Source: a bacterium (GTDB lineage: Bacteria > Krumholzibacteriota > Krumholzibacteriia > LZORAL124-64-63). Taken from it: DNA of 64,000 bases. Shown here piece by piece: positions 45,896 through 55,236 of this stretch. The notes beneath the pieces are model-generated. The model was not told the DNA's origin. It was given only the letters and a program-made list of their open reading frames with translations, and ran no database searches. The number at the start of each line of letters is the position of its first letter. The first letter of the stretch is position 1. Where the stretch lies: contig JAAEQC010000102.1 in NCBI GenBank assembly GCA_024231905.1, forward strand, positions 234,974 to 298,973. Direction: 5' to 3'. The position numbers were made by a program, and so were the translations under genes.

Positions 45896-48532
45896 TTGAG
45901 CGCAATGGCGGCGCCTTCCGGGCGGCGTCCGTCGCGCCGTTGCGGATTCTGCCCGGGGGTGGATCCGGAACTTGCCCGCCGGGAGATCTCTTTGGCCAAA
46001 CGCCGCACGGACCAGGAGCGCAGCACCGCCGCGAAACCGGCGGTGCCAGCGTCCCAGTCGCCCAGGCTCCGTACCTGGCTCCTGGTGACGGGCGCCCTCC
46101 TGCTGACCCTGCTCCTGCTCTATCCCGGGGCCGCGTTCCGCGGCGAGATCTTTGGCAGCAGCGACGCGGCCAACTCCGACGCCTTCCGCCTGGCCGGCGA
46201 CCGGTCCCTGGCCGAGGGCTCATACCCCTTGTGGAATCCCTACCTCTTCGCGGGCATGCCCACCTTCGGCTCCCTGTCCTACGTACGATTCCTGTATCCG
46301 CCTTCCATCCTGCTGATGCTCCTGCAGGAAAGCCTGGGATTCCCGCCGTTGACCTGGCTGCTGGCCCACCTGCTCTTTGGCGGCCTGGGCATGGCCTGGT
46401 TCCTGTCCCGCTGGCGGTTGCCGGTGGCTACCCTCGTTCTGGGCGGCGTACTGTGGCTGTTGCTGCCCAAGGTCGTGGCTTGGGGCGTCCACGGTCACGG
46501 CACCAAACTCGGCGCTGCCATGTACCTGCCCTGGATCGTGGGCTGGGCCTGGCGGGTCCTGGACGGTGGCGGCGCCCGGGCGGTGGGCATGACGGGGCTC
46601 CTGCTGGGCCTGCAACTGCTACGGGGCCACGTGCAAATCACCTACTACACCCTGCTGCTGGTGGGGTGGCTGGCCGTGTGGAACGGCCTGTGGCCCCTGG
46701 AGGCGGCGGTCCGCGCCAGGATGGCCGTCCGCTGGCGGCGCTGCGCCATGCTGGGGGGCGGTCTGGCTCTGGGCTTCCTGGTGGGCGCCCTGCTGCTGGT
46801 GCCCGTCCACGGCTACGCGGACCTGTCCATCCGCGGCCAGGATACCTCCGGCGGCGGGGGTGTGGGCATGGACTACGCCACGGGCTGGTCCCTGGCCCCG
46901 GCGGAACTGGGCACCTTCGTGCTGCCGGCGGCGGCGGGCTTCGGGCAGGCCACCTACATGGGCCTCATGCCGTTCACCGACTACCCCAACTATCTTGGCA
47001 TCCTGTTGCTCGCATTGGCGGCCGCCGGTTGGTGGCGCGGCGACCGCAGCCTGACCGTGGCCCTGGCCGTGGCGGCGCTGCTGGCGGTGTTCGTTTCCTT
47101 CGGACGGTACGGCTTCGGTTTCTATGAACTGCTCTACCGCCTGTTGCCCTACTTCAACAAGTTCCGCATCCCGTCGATGATCCTGGTGCTCACGGGATTC
47201 GTGGCCATCGTGCTGGCGGCGCGCGGGGTCGCGGCCTGGCGCGAGGGGACGACGCCCTGGAACCGTCCAGTGGTGCTGCCGGCGGTCCTGGGCCTGGCGG
47301 GGGTGGCCCTGCTCCTGGCGGGAGCTGCGGAATTGGCCAAGGGGACCTACGCCTCCGGTCTGGAGTCCCTGGCCGCCAGGGCTGGCCGTACGGCGGTCCC
47401 GGTGCTTCTGGACACGGCGTGGGATCTGCACAAGGCCAGCCTGGTACGCATCGGCCTGATTCTCATGGCCGCCGCCTCGGCCTTGTTCTACTCCACGCGC
47501 TCGGAGGCCTTCCGCCGCGGCGGTCTGGCCTGGGTGCTGCTCGGATTGCTGGCGGTGGATCTGGCGGGCGTCGATCGCCTCGTGATCCACCCGGAAAAGG
47601 GACTGTCCACGGTGGTCGCCGACGGCTCCGGCGGCGGGCGCCTGGTATCCGCGACCAAGCTCACGGGGCTGCCGACGCGCCAGTCCGCTGAGAGTTCCCC
47701 CTTGGCCCGGACCCTGCTCGCCGAGACGGGCCACGACCGCGTGTGGCCCCTGGGACGGCAGAGCGGCATGAACACCTGGATGGCCGACGGCGTGCATTCC
47801 CTGGGCGGCTACCACCCGGCCAAGCTTGCGGGCTACGAGCAGATCCGCCGCCGCCTCTTCGGCGCCGAGCCCGCCGGCCGCCTGGCCAACTGGCTGGGGG
47901 CACGCGTGGTGGCCTGGGAGGGGACCCTCTCCCCGGCGGACCTGGACTTTCTGGACGCCACGGGCCTGGACCTGGAACGCGCCTCCCGCGGCGACGGCCG
48001 CACAGCCTTGCACCGCAACCGCGCCGCCCTGCCGCGGGCGCGTCTCGTGACCGCCTGGCGCAGGGCATCCGCGTTGCCGGAAGGGGACGCCCTGGAGCCG
48101 TTCCTGGACGCGATCCAGGCCGGCCGCCTGGACGTGACATCCACCGTGACCCTGGACCGGGAGCCCGTGCCGGCCCCCGGCGAGACCGCGAATCCCTTGC
48201 CGGCGGTGGAGTTCCTGACCGACGGCCTCAACGAGGTCGTCCTGGAAACGACGGCCCCGGTCCCGGCCCTGCTCTTGCTTGCGGACATGATGGCTCCTGG
48301 TTGGCGCGTCGAGGTGGACGGCCGCCCGGCCGAGCTGCTGACGGCCGACCTGGTGCTGCGGGCGGTGGCCCTGGAGGCCGGCCGCCACACGGTGCGCTTC
48401 CATTACAGCGACCCGTCGGTGCGGACGGGCCTCCTGCTCAGTCTGACCGGACTCCTGGGAGTCGCGGTCCTGATCCTGTTCCCCTTCCTGCGCCGCCGGC
48501 TGGCGGCGTCCCCGGGTGGCGACCATGAGTGA
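45896..48532 (+). CDS. YfhO-family GT-C membrane glycosyltransferase
   Basis: About 13 TM helices followed by a large extracytoplasmic C-terminal domain, consistent with YfhO. TTG 45896; ATG 45905 is an alternative start. Confidence 0.65.
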   Translation: MSAMAAPSGRRPSRRCGFCPGVDPELARREISLAKRRTDQERSTAAKPAVPASQSPRLRTWLLVTGALLLTLLLLYPGAAFRGEIFGSSDAANSDAFRLAGDRSLAEGSYPLWNPYLFAGMPTFGSLSYVRFLYPPSILLMLLQESLGFPPLTWLLAHLLFGGLGMAWFLSRWRLPVATLVLGGVLWLLLPKVVAWGVHGHGTKLGAAMYLPWIVGWAWRVLDGGGARAVGMTGLLLGLQLLRGHVQITYYTLLLVGWLAVWNGLWPLEAAVRARMAVRWRRCAMLGGGLALGFLVGALLLVPVHGYADLSIRGQDTSGGGGVGMDYATGWSLAPAELGTFVLPAAAGFGQATYMGLMPFTDYPNYLGILLLALAAAGWWRGDRSLTVALAVAALLAVFVSFGRYGFGFYELLYRLLPYFNKFRIPSMILVLTGFVAIVLAARGVAAWREGTTPWNRPVVLPAVLGLAGVALLLAGAAELAKGTYASGLESLAARAGRTAVPVLLDTAWDLHKASLVRIGLILMAAASALFYSTRSEAFRRGGLAWVLLGLLAVDLAGVDRLVIHPEKGLSTVVADGSGGGRLVSATKLTGLPTRQSAESSPLARTLLAETGHDRVWPLGRQSGMNTWMADGVHSLGGYHPAKLAGYEQIRRRLFGAEPAGRLANWLGARVVAWEGTLSPADLDFLDATGLDLERASRGDGRTALHRNRAALPRARLVTAWRRASALPEGDALEPFLDAIQAGRLDVTSTVTLDREPVPAPGETANPLPAVEFLTDGLNEVVLETTAPVPALLLLADMMAPGWRVEVDGRPAELLTADLVLRAVALEAGRHTVRFHYSDPSVRTGLLLSLTGLLGVAVLILFPFLRRRLAASPGGDHE

Positions 48533-49250
48533 GCGTGTGGTGAACAAGGCCGTGGTGATCGTTCCGACCTACAACGAGGCGGAGAACGTGGGCCGCCTGC
48601 TGCCGGCCATCCTCGAGCGGGACGAGCGGCTGTCGGTGCTCGTGGTGGACGACAACTCCCCGGACGGCACGGCGGACGTGGTCAAGGCCCTGCCCGGGTT
48701 CGGCGACCGGATCATGATCCTCGAACGGCCCTGCAAGGCGGGCCTGGGCGCCGCCTACATCGCCGGCTTCCAGTGGGTGCTGGCCAATACGGAGGCCGAC
48801 GCCGTCTTCGAGATGGACGCGGACTTCAGCCACGCCCCCGACGCCCTGGACGAGTTTCTGGTGGAGATCGAAACCCACGACCTGGTCCTGGGCAGCCGCT
48901 ATCTGGGCGGCATCACCGTGGTGAACTGGCCCCTGTCCCGCCTCTTCCTCTCGGTGGGTGCGAACCTCTACGCCCGCGTCGTCACCGGCATGCCCATCCG
49001 CGATTGCACCGGCGGCTTCAAATGTTTCCGCCGCACGACCCTCGAACAACTCCCCCTGGGGGAGATCAAGAGCGACGGCTATTCCTTCCAGATCGAACTC
49101 AATTACCACTGCTGGCGCCGGGGGCTGACCATCAAGGAGATCCCCATCATCTTCACGGACCGTGTGGTGGGCGTCTCCAAGATGTCGCGCCGCATCATCG
49201 CCGAGGCCATGTGGATGGTGTGGGCCCTGCGCCTGAGGCGAATCCCTTGA
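48525..49250 (+). CDS. Polyprenol-monophosphomannose synthase-like GT2 (Ppm1/DPM1-like, soluble)
   Basis: VVIVPTYNEAENV...VVDDNSPDGT...EMDADFSHAP...GSRY is a DPM1-like catalytic domain without a TM anchor. Overlaps the YfhO stop by 8 nt. Confidence 0.8.
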   Translation: MSERVVNKAVVIVPTYNEAENVGRLLPAILERDERLSVLVVDDNSPDGTADVVKALPGFGDRIMILERPCKAGLGAAYIAGFQWVLANTEADAVFEMDADFSHAPDALDEFLVEIETHDLVLGSRYLGGITVVNWPLSRLFLSVGANLYARVVTGMPIRDCTGGFKCFRRTTLEQLPLGEIKSDGYSFQIELNYHCWRRGLTIKEIPIIFTDRVVGVSKMSRRIIAEAMWMVWALRLRRIP

Positions 49251-49270
49251 CCGGGGGCAACCTGTTTCCG

Positions 49271-51382
49271 GTGAAGCTGGCCGTGGTCATCGTCCACTAC
49301 AACACGAGCGACGACCTGGCCCGCTGTCTGGAATCCCTGAACGCCTACGGGCCGCCGGACGACTTCCGGATCGTGGTGGTGGACAACGCCTCCCGCGACG
49401 AGGGCCTGGCCGAGGTGCACCGCCGCTTCCCCGACTGTGAGTGGATCTTCAACGCGGACAACCAGGGCTACTCCCGCGGCTGCAACCGGGGCCTCGCCGC
49501 AGTGGAGGCCGAGTACTACCTGCTGCTCAACCCGGACGTGGTGGTCAAGCCCGGGGCCCTGGCCCGCCTGCTGGAATTCGCCGACGCCCACCCGCGGGCG
49601 GGCATCATCGGTCCCCAGTTGTTGAACGAGGACGGCACCATCCAGCATTCGTGCCGGCGCTTCTACACCTTCTGGACCCTGGTCCTGCGCCGCACCTTCC
49701 TGGGCAGGCTCTTCCCGGACAGCCGGCCGGTCCGGCGCCATCTCATGCAGGACTTCGACCACCGCTCGGCCCGTCCGGTGGACTGGCTCCTGGGCGGCTG
49801 CCTGCTTGTGCGCCGCAGCGCCGTCGATCGTACCGGCCCCATGGACGAGCGTTTCTTCCTCTACTTCGAGGACGTGGACTGGTGCTACCGCATGTGGCGC
49901 GCGGGCTGCGAGGTTCTCTACACCCCCGACGCGCGCTTCGTCCACCGACACAGGCGTTCCAGCGCCCAGGGCGCCACGAGCCGTTCCTTCTGGTTGCATC
50001 TGGGCTCCCTCATCTCCTTCTACGAGAAGTGGGGCGCGCTGGTGTGGCTGTTCAAGAAGTGGCGGGATCCCCTGCTGCTGTTCGTCATGTGGCTGCTGGA
50101 CATGACCGGCCTGGCGGCAGCCTTCGGACTGGCCTACGGGCTGCGAAATCTGGGGCACGACCTCTTCCCCGAGCAACTCTACCCCTTCGCCGAGTACCGG
50201 CCCCTGCTCCTGTTCGGGCTACTGCTGGCGACCCTCACCTTCGTCCTGGCGGGACGCTACCGCGGCGAGCATCTGCGCCGGCGGCGATCCGTGGTTGAAC
50301 ACCTGCAACAGACGGGCATCGTGGCGGTGCTCATGCTGGCCAGCACGTACCTGGGACACCTGGAGGTGGTCAGCCGGGCGGTGCTCCTGATGTTCGTGCC
50401 GCTGCTGGTGGTTTTCACGGCCCTGGGGGACGGTCTGGTGCGGCGCGTGCTGCGGCGGCTGGAACGCGGACACCTCTCCCTGGAACGCACGCTGCTGGTG
50501 GGACCGGCAGCGGTCTGGCGCACCTGGCTCGACCGGGCCGGGGACCTGGCGGCCCAGGGGGTCGACGTGGCCGGCTTCGTGGACGATCCGGGCGCCCTGG
50601 AATCGTTGCCGCCCCTGGCGGGTGGCACGGTGCCCTGGCTGGGCCGCCCGGCCGAGGCCGCGGACGTGGCCGAGCGGTACCGCATATCCCAGGTAGTGTT
50701 CCGGGATCTGCCGCCGCCGGGCGATCCCCTGTGGACGGCCGTGGGTGCCCTGCGCCGCATGCGAGTCCGCCTGCGCTGGCAGGGGGACGGCGTGTGGCTC
50801 CTGGCGGCTGCCACGCGCATGGAAGTCTTCGGAGGCGGGCTGAGCGCAGTTCAGGGCCAGGCGGGACGGCGAGCGGCCGGAGCCCTGGGGCGCCGTTTGT
50901 GCGGCGCGGTGGCGGGACTGCTGCTGGGCGTGGCGGCAGCGCTGCCCTGGGCCTGGTTGCGGCTGGTGGATGTTCGGCAAGGGCGTGCGCGGATCGACCG
51001 TGTGACCGCCTGGGACCGCTGGCGCGGGGGCACGCCCCTGGTACTCGCCTTGGCCACCGACGGCCAGGTGAAAGGTCTGGTCTGGCAGTGGCCGCTGGCC
51101 TGGTCCCTCCTGACCGGACGGGTGGCCATGTGGGGCGAACAAGCCCGGGCGGACGGGCCGCCGCCTCCGCCGCCGACCACCGGGGACCTCATGGATTTCT
51201 GGCGCGCCGAACCGGCGCCGCCGGGTTTGACGGGCGCCTGGGCGGCAGCCGGGGGAGGCGGCCGGCTGCGGGCGATCTGCGCTCGCCTGTGGCGCGATCC
51301 GGGCGGATTCGGTAACGTCGCGGAAACAGTACGAGCTAGGGAAGTCGTCGAGAAGGACCCTCCGGGCACCGAGGTGGAATGA
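49271..51382 (+). CDS. Fusion protein: N-terminal GT2 glycosyltransferase plus C-terminal multi-TM and CoA-binding-like module resembling the non-catalytic N-terminal half of WcaJ-type sugar transferases
   Basis: GT2 motifs (VVIVHYNTSDD, VVVDNASRDEG, FYFEDVDWCYR). Then 4-5 TM helices and LLVGPAAVWRTWLDRAGDLAAQGVDVAGFVDD...RISQVVF. No Bac_transf catalytic domain. GTG 49271; TTG 49247 is an alternative start. Confidence 0.65.
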   Translation: MKLAVVIVHYNTSDDLARCLESLNAYGPPDDFRIVVVDNASRDEGLAEVHRRFPDCEWIFNADNQGYSRGCNRGLAAVEAEYYLLLNPDVVVKPGALARLLEFADAHPRAGIIGPQLLNEDGTIQHSCRRFYTFWTLVLRRTFLGRLFPDSRPVRRHLMQDFDHRSARPVDWLLGGCLLVRRSAVDRTGPMDERFFLYFEDVDWCYRMWRAGCEVLYTPDARFVHRHRRSSAQGATSRSFWLHLGSLISFYEKWGALVWLFKKWRDPLLLFVMWLLDMTGLAAAFGLAYGLRNLGHDLFPEQLYPFAEYRPLLLFGLLLATLTFVLAGRYRGEHLRRRRSVVEHLQQTGIVAVLMLASTYLGHLEVVSRAVLLMFVPLLVVFTALGDGLVRRVLRRLERGHLSLERTLLVGPAAVWRTWLDRAGDLAAQGVDVAGFVDDPGALESLPPLAGGTVPWLGRPAEAADVAERYRISQVVFRDLPPPGDPLWTAVGALRRMRVRLRWQGDGVWLLAAATRMEVFGGGLSAVQGQAGRRAAGALGRRLCGAVAGLLLGVAAALPWAWLRLVDVRQGRARIDRVTAWDRWRGGTPLVLALATDGQVKGLVWQWPLAWSLLTGRVAMWGEQARADGPPPPPPTTGDLMDFWRAEPAPPGLTGAWAAAGGGGRLRAICARLWRDPGGFGNVAETVRAREVVEKDPPGTEVE

Positions 51383-53787
51383 GCATGCGGCACACAGGAA
51401 GCGGAAGACTCATGACGGCCTGCGCCCTGGCGTTGCTGGCGGTGGCGGCCGCCACGGCGGCAGCGGCGCCCGTATTCGAGCCCCTGACCCGGGCCCGCGA
51501 AGTAAGCACCCTGCTCGAACTGGACGGAAAGGTCTTCGGGGGCACGGGCGACGGCGGCGTGTTCGTATGGGACGCCGACGATCCCGGGCAGTTCGAACGC
51601 TGGACCGCCGGCACCCAACTGGGCAGCGCCCGGGTAGTGGATCTGGCCTGGACCGGACGCTACCTGTGGGTCGCCACCGACGACGGCGGCCTGACCCGGG
51701 TGGAGGACCCGGCCTCGGACGCACCGTCTTTCCGGCAGATCGGCTCGACCATGTCCACCTTCGCCACCACCGCCGTGGCCGGTCTATTGCGGGGCGACCA
51801 GGAACGGGTCTGGTACGGTCTGGGTGACGGCGGTCTGGGGGAGATCACCGACGGCTTCGACGGTTCGGTTTATACCACCAGCGACGGTCTGGTCAGCGAC
51901 ACGATCCGGGCGCTCCACATCCACGACGGTGAACTGTGGATCGGAACGCCCGCCGGCATCTCCCGTTTCGCCGACGGGGTCTTCCACGACGCCACCGCCG
52001 GCCTGGCCGGCCTGAACACCCGCGTCTTCGTCACCGACACCGCCGGCGATCTCTTCGCCGCCGGCAGCGGCGGTGTCCATCGCTGGGACTCCTCCGGGGA
52101 GGCCTGGGTATCCCTGGGCGGTATCGGCCGTACAGTGGTCGGCCTGGCGGTGGTGGCCGACGATCTCTACGCGCTGGGCGCCTACGCCGGCGGAACGGCG
52201 ACCCTGCACCGGTGGAACGGCACCGGATTCGACGACCTGGCTCTGCCCGAGCCCCGGACCCTGGCCACCGGCGGCGGCACGGCGGTCTGGCTGGGCGGCC
52301 GGATCGACGAACCCGGCATGCAGGTGAACCGTTCGGGACTGGCCTTCTACGCACGTCTGGACGCGGGCGGCGCGACCACGGTCTGGCAGCCGGCCCTGAC
52401 CCTGCCCGCCAACTGCGCGGGGGTGACTTTCGGCGCCGACGGCCGCCCGTGGCTCGGCTCCCGCTGGGGCGAGGCCTTCTCCGGTCGCCGGGATGACGGT
52501 ACCTGGGAAAACATCTACGAGATAGCCACGGTGGCCAACGACTCCTCCGGTCTCATCAACCAGATCGCACCCATTCTGGCCATGGCCACCGGCGCCGATG
52601 GCGTGGTCTGGGTGCCCCAGACCGGCTCCGGCGTGCTACGCCACGATCCGGCCACGGGCCGAACCGACCAGATCCGCCCCTTCAACAGCGGCCTGTCAGG
52701 GAATTCGCTGATCGGCGCCGTGGGGCATCCGGACGGCCCGGTTCTTTTCCTGCACGACTGGCTGGACACGGACGACAAGGTGGACGTGCTGGTGGACCCG
52801 GTCCACTGGCGCAATCCGGCGAACTGGCTCAGCCTGCCCCTGGGATCGGGCGGCCTGGGCGACGGTCCCAACGTATGGGACGCCCACGTGGCGCGGCGCG
52901 ACCAGATCTGGTTCGCTGTGGAGGGCACGGGTCTGGTGCGCTGGGACGTCAACGGCCTGAGCGCCGGACCCGACGATCCGCTGACCTGGCTCGATCAGTC
53001 CGACGACCACTGGACCGCACCCGTGAACGACTTCCCGAATACCTTCCTCGACCCGACCCAGGCGCGAGGCATCGACGACGGCCCAGGCGGTTCCCTGTGG
53101 GTGGGCGGCAACGGCGTGGTGCGCTTCCGCTACGACGGCGGCCTGATCACCACCCTGGACGACCTGGGCACGGCCGCCGGCGACGAGGGCGGCCTGAGCA
53201 ACAGCCGCGTGTACGACGTGGCCACCGACCGCCACGGGTACCTGTGGGTGGCGAACGCCTCGGGTCTGGACCGGGTCCGGCTCGGAGCGGGCGACCCTGT
53301 GGTGGACTCGTGGTTCGACGCCCTGACCTATGCCACGGACGGCGGCATCAACGGCCGCTACCTGTCCACCGCCATCGCCGACATGCCTGGCTCGAACTAC
53401 GACTTCGCGCGCCTGGCCCTGGATTCCGACCGCGGGCGCCTCCTGCACAGCGGCGACCGGGGTGTGTCCCTGGTCGACGTGGGCGGGCCGGTGGGTGCGG
53501 CGAGCGGCTCCGCATCGGCGCAACTCTATCCGAATCCCTGGCGCCCGGAACTGGGCGACGGTCTGCTCAGGATCGGCGGTCTGGGCGTGGAACCGGGGGA
53601 GACGGTCGAGGTGGGCATCTACACCGTCGAAGGCCAGCTGGTCTACCAGGATCCGACAGTGGCGCCGGACACGGGCTTCTGGCGAGGCGTCAACCGGGTG
53701 GGCAACCCGGTGGCGACGGGCCTGTACGTGGTGAAGGTGTCCTGGCGCGGAGAACACCTGATGCGGACCCTGGCGGTGGTCAGGTGA
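51379..53787 (+). CDS. Secreted beta-propeller (Reg_prop-like repeat) protein with a C-terminal T9SS-type / FlgD-Ig-like sorting domain
   Basis: Signal peptide (LALLAVAAATAAAAP). Repeated GG..R.D..G.LW.G. propeller-blade motifs. C-terminal roughly 90 aa LYPNPWRPELGDG...GLYVVKVSWRGEHLMRTLAVVR matches the Por/T9SS C-terminal-domain pattern. ATGA overlap upstream. Confidence 0.65.
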   Translation: MSMRHTGSGRLMTACALALLAVAAATAAAAPVFEPLTRAREVSTLLELDGKVFGGTGDGGVFVWDADDPGQFERWTAGTQLGSARVVDLAWTGRYLWVATDDGGLTRVEDPASDAPSFRQIGSTMSTFATTAVAGLLRGDQERVWYGLGDGGLGEITDGFDGSVYTTSDGLVSDTIRALHIHDGELWIGTPAGISRFADGVFHDATAGLAGLNTRVFVTDTAGDLFAAGSGGVHRWDSSGEAWVSLGGIGRTVVGLAVVADDLYALGAYAGGTATLHRWNGTGFDDLALPEPRTLATGGGTAVWLGGRIDEPGMQVNRSGLAFYARLDAGGATTVWQPALTLPANCAGVTFGADGRPWLGSRWGEAFSGRRDDGTWENIYEIATVANDSSGLINQIAPILAMATGADGVVWVPQTGSGVLRHDPATGRTDQIRPFNSGLSGNSLIGAVGHPDGPVLFLHDWLDTDDKVDVLVDPVHWRNPANWLSLPLGSGGLGDGPNVWDAHVARRDQIWFAVEGTGLVRWDVNGLSAGPDDPLTWLDQSDDHWTAPVNDFPNTFLDPTQARGIDDGPGGSLWVGGNGVVRFRYDGGLITTLDDLGTAAGDEGGLSNSRVYDVATDRHGYLWVANASGLDRVRLGAGDPVVDSWFDALTYATDGGINGRYLSTAIADMPGSNYDFARLALDSDRGRLLHSGDRGVSLVDVGGPVGAASGSASAQLYPNPWRPELGDGLLRIGGLGVEPGETVEVGIYTVEGQLVYQDPTVAPDTGFWRGVNRVGNPVATGLYVVKVSWRGEHLMRTLAVVR

Positions 53788-55226
53788 TGCCCCCGTCCCG
53801 CCTGCTCGTGGTCGGGGCGGGAGTGGCCGGCCAGACCCTGGTGCGCGAGATCCTGCGGGACCGCTTGCCCGCCGAACCGGTGGCTTTCCTGGACGACGAC
53901 GAAAGCCTGGCCGGACAGACCGTCTGCGGGTTGCCGGTGCTGGGCACCTCCGAGGACCTGGAGCGCGTGGCCAGCGAAGTGGACGCCCAGGAGGTCCTGC
54001 TGGCGATTCCCTCGTCGGGCGGACGCCTCGTTCGGCGCCTGGTCATCCTCTGCAAGCGTGCCGGACTGCCCTTCCGCATCGTGCCCGGCCTACGCGACAT
54101 CATTCTCGGCGACGTGAGCTTCGCCCAGGTGAGCCACGTGGAGCCGGAGCATCTGCTTGGCCGGGAGTCTGTGGACTTCAAGGACGAGGAGGCCAGCCGG
54201 GTGGTGGCTGGAAGGCGGGTCCTGGTGACCGGCGCCGGCGGTTCCATCGGCTCCGAACTGTGTCGGCACCTGCTGGACCTCGAACCGGCGGAGCTGATCC
54301 TGCTGGGCCGGGGGGAGAACAGCCTCTTCGACATCGGCACCGAGTTGGAGTCGCAGCGCGGCGAAACGCGCTTGCAGACGGTCATCGCCGACGTGCGGGA
54401 CCGGGCGCGGCTGAGGGTTCTCGCCGGCCGCCTGCAACCGGATCTCATCCTGCACGCGGCCGCCCACAAGCACGTTCCCTTCATGGAGGACAACCCGGAG
54501 GAGGCGGTGGCCGTCAATGTGGGGGGCACGGCCAACCTCATCGAGTTCGCCAGGACCGTGGGGGCAGAGCGCTTCGTGCTGATCAGCACCGACAAGGCGG
54601 TCATGCCCTCGAGCATCATGGGCGCCACCAAGAAGCTCGCCGAACAACTGGTGCGGCAGGCGGCGGCCGATGGCGATGGCACGCGCTTCATGACCGTGCG
54701 CTTCGGCAACGTCCTGGGCAGCCGCGGTTCGGTGGTCCCCTTCTTCATGAAGCGGATCGCCGCGGGTCAGCCCCTGCCCATCACCGACCCCCAGATGACC
54801 CGCTACTTCATGACCATCAAGGAGGCGGCGCTGCTGGTCATCGAGGCCATGGTGCTGGGGGAACGGGGTGCCACCTACATCCTGGAGATGGGCAACGCGG
54901 TCTCGATTCTGGAGCTCGCCCGGAACCTGCTCGTGCTGTCGGGCTACGATCCGGCGGGCGGCGACGACGGCCCCGGCATCGAGATCACCGGTCTCCGGCC
55001 CGGAGAACGCCTGCACGAAGTGCTCCACGAACCCGACGAGCAACTCCTGCCCAGCGAGAATCCCCTGATCCGGCGCGCGGTGGCCGGCGACACGGATCCG
55101 GCCCGGGTGGCCGCGGCCGTGGACGACCTGCTGGCCCTGGCCGTGGCCGGGGATACGGGCGGACTACGCCGCCTACTGGCCGATCTCACCGGGCGCGCCG
55201 TCCTCGTGGCGCCGCCACTCGAGTAG
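53787..55226 (+). CDS. Polysaccharide biosynthesis protein CapD / UDP-GlcNAc 4,6-dehydratase (PglF/WbpM-like, soluble form)
   Basis: Two Rossmann-like regions (LLVVGAGVAGQ, VLVTGAGGSIGSEL) and a catalytic region (FVLISTDKAV...MGATKKLAE). Start at ATG 53787 or GTG 53784, overlapping the upstream stop. Confidence 0.8.
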   Translation: MPPSRLLVVGAGVAGQTLVREILRDRLPAEPVAFLDDDESLAGQTVCGLPVLGTSEDLERVASEVDAQEVLLAIPSSGGRLVRRLVILCKRAGLPFRIVPGLRDIILGDVSFAQVSHVEPEHLLGRESVDFKDEEASRVVAGRRVLVTGAGGSIGSELCRHLLDLEPAELILLGRGENSLFDIGTELESQRGETRLQTVIADVRDRARLRVLAGRLQPDLILHAAAHKHVPFMEDNPEEAVAVNVGGTANLIEFARTVGAERFVLISTDKAVMPSSIMGATKKLAEQLVRQAAADGDGTRFMTVRFGNVLGSRGSVVPFFMKRIAAGQPLPITDPQMTRYFMTIKEAALLVIEAMVLGERGATYILEMGNAVSILELARNLLVLSGYDPAGGDDGPGIEITGLRPGERLHEVLHEPDEQLLPSENPLIRRAVAGDTDPARVAAAVDDLLALAVAGDTGGLRRLLADLTGRAVLVAPPLE

Positions 55227-55236
55227 GGGCGCGGCG

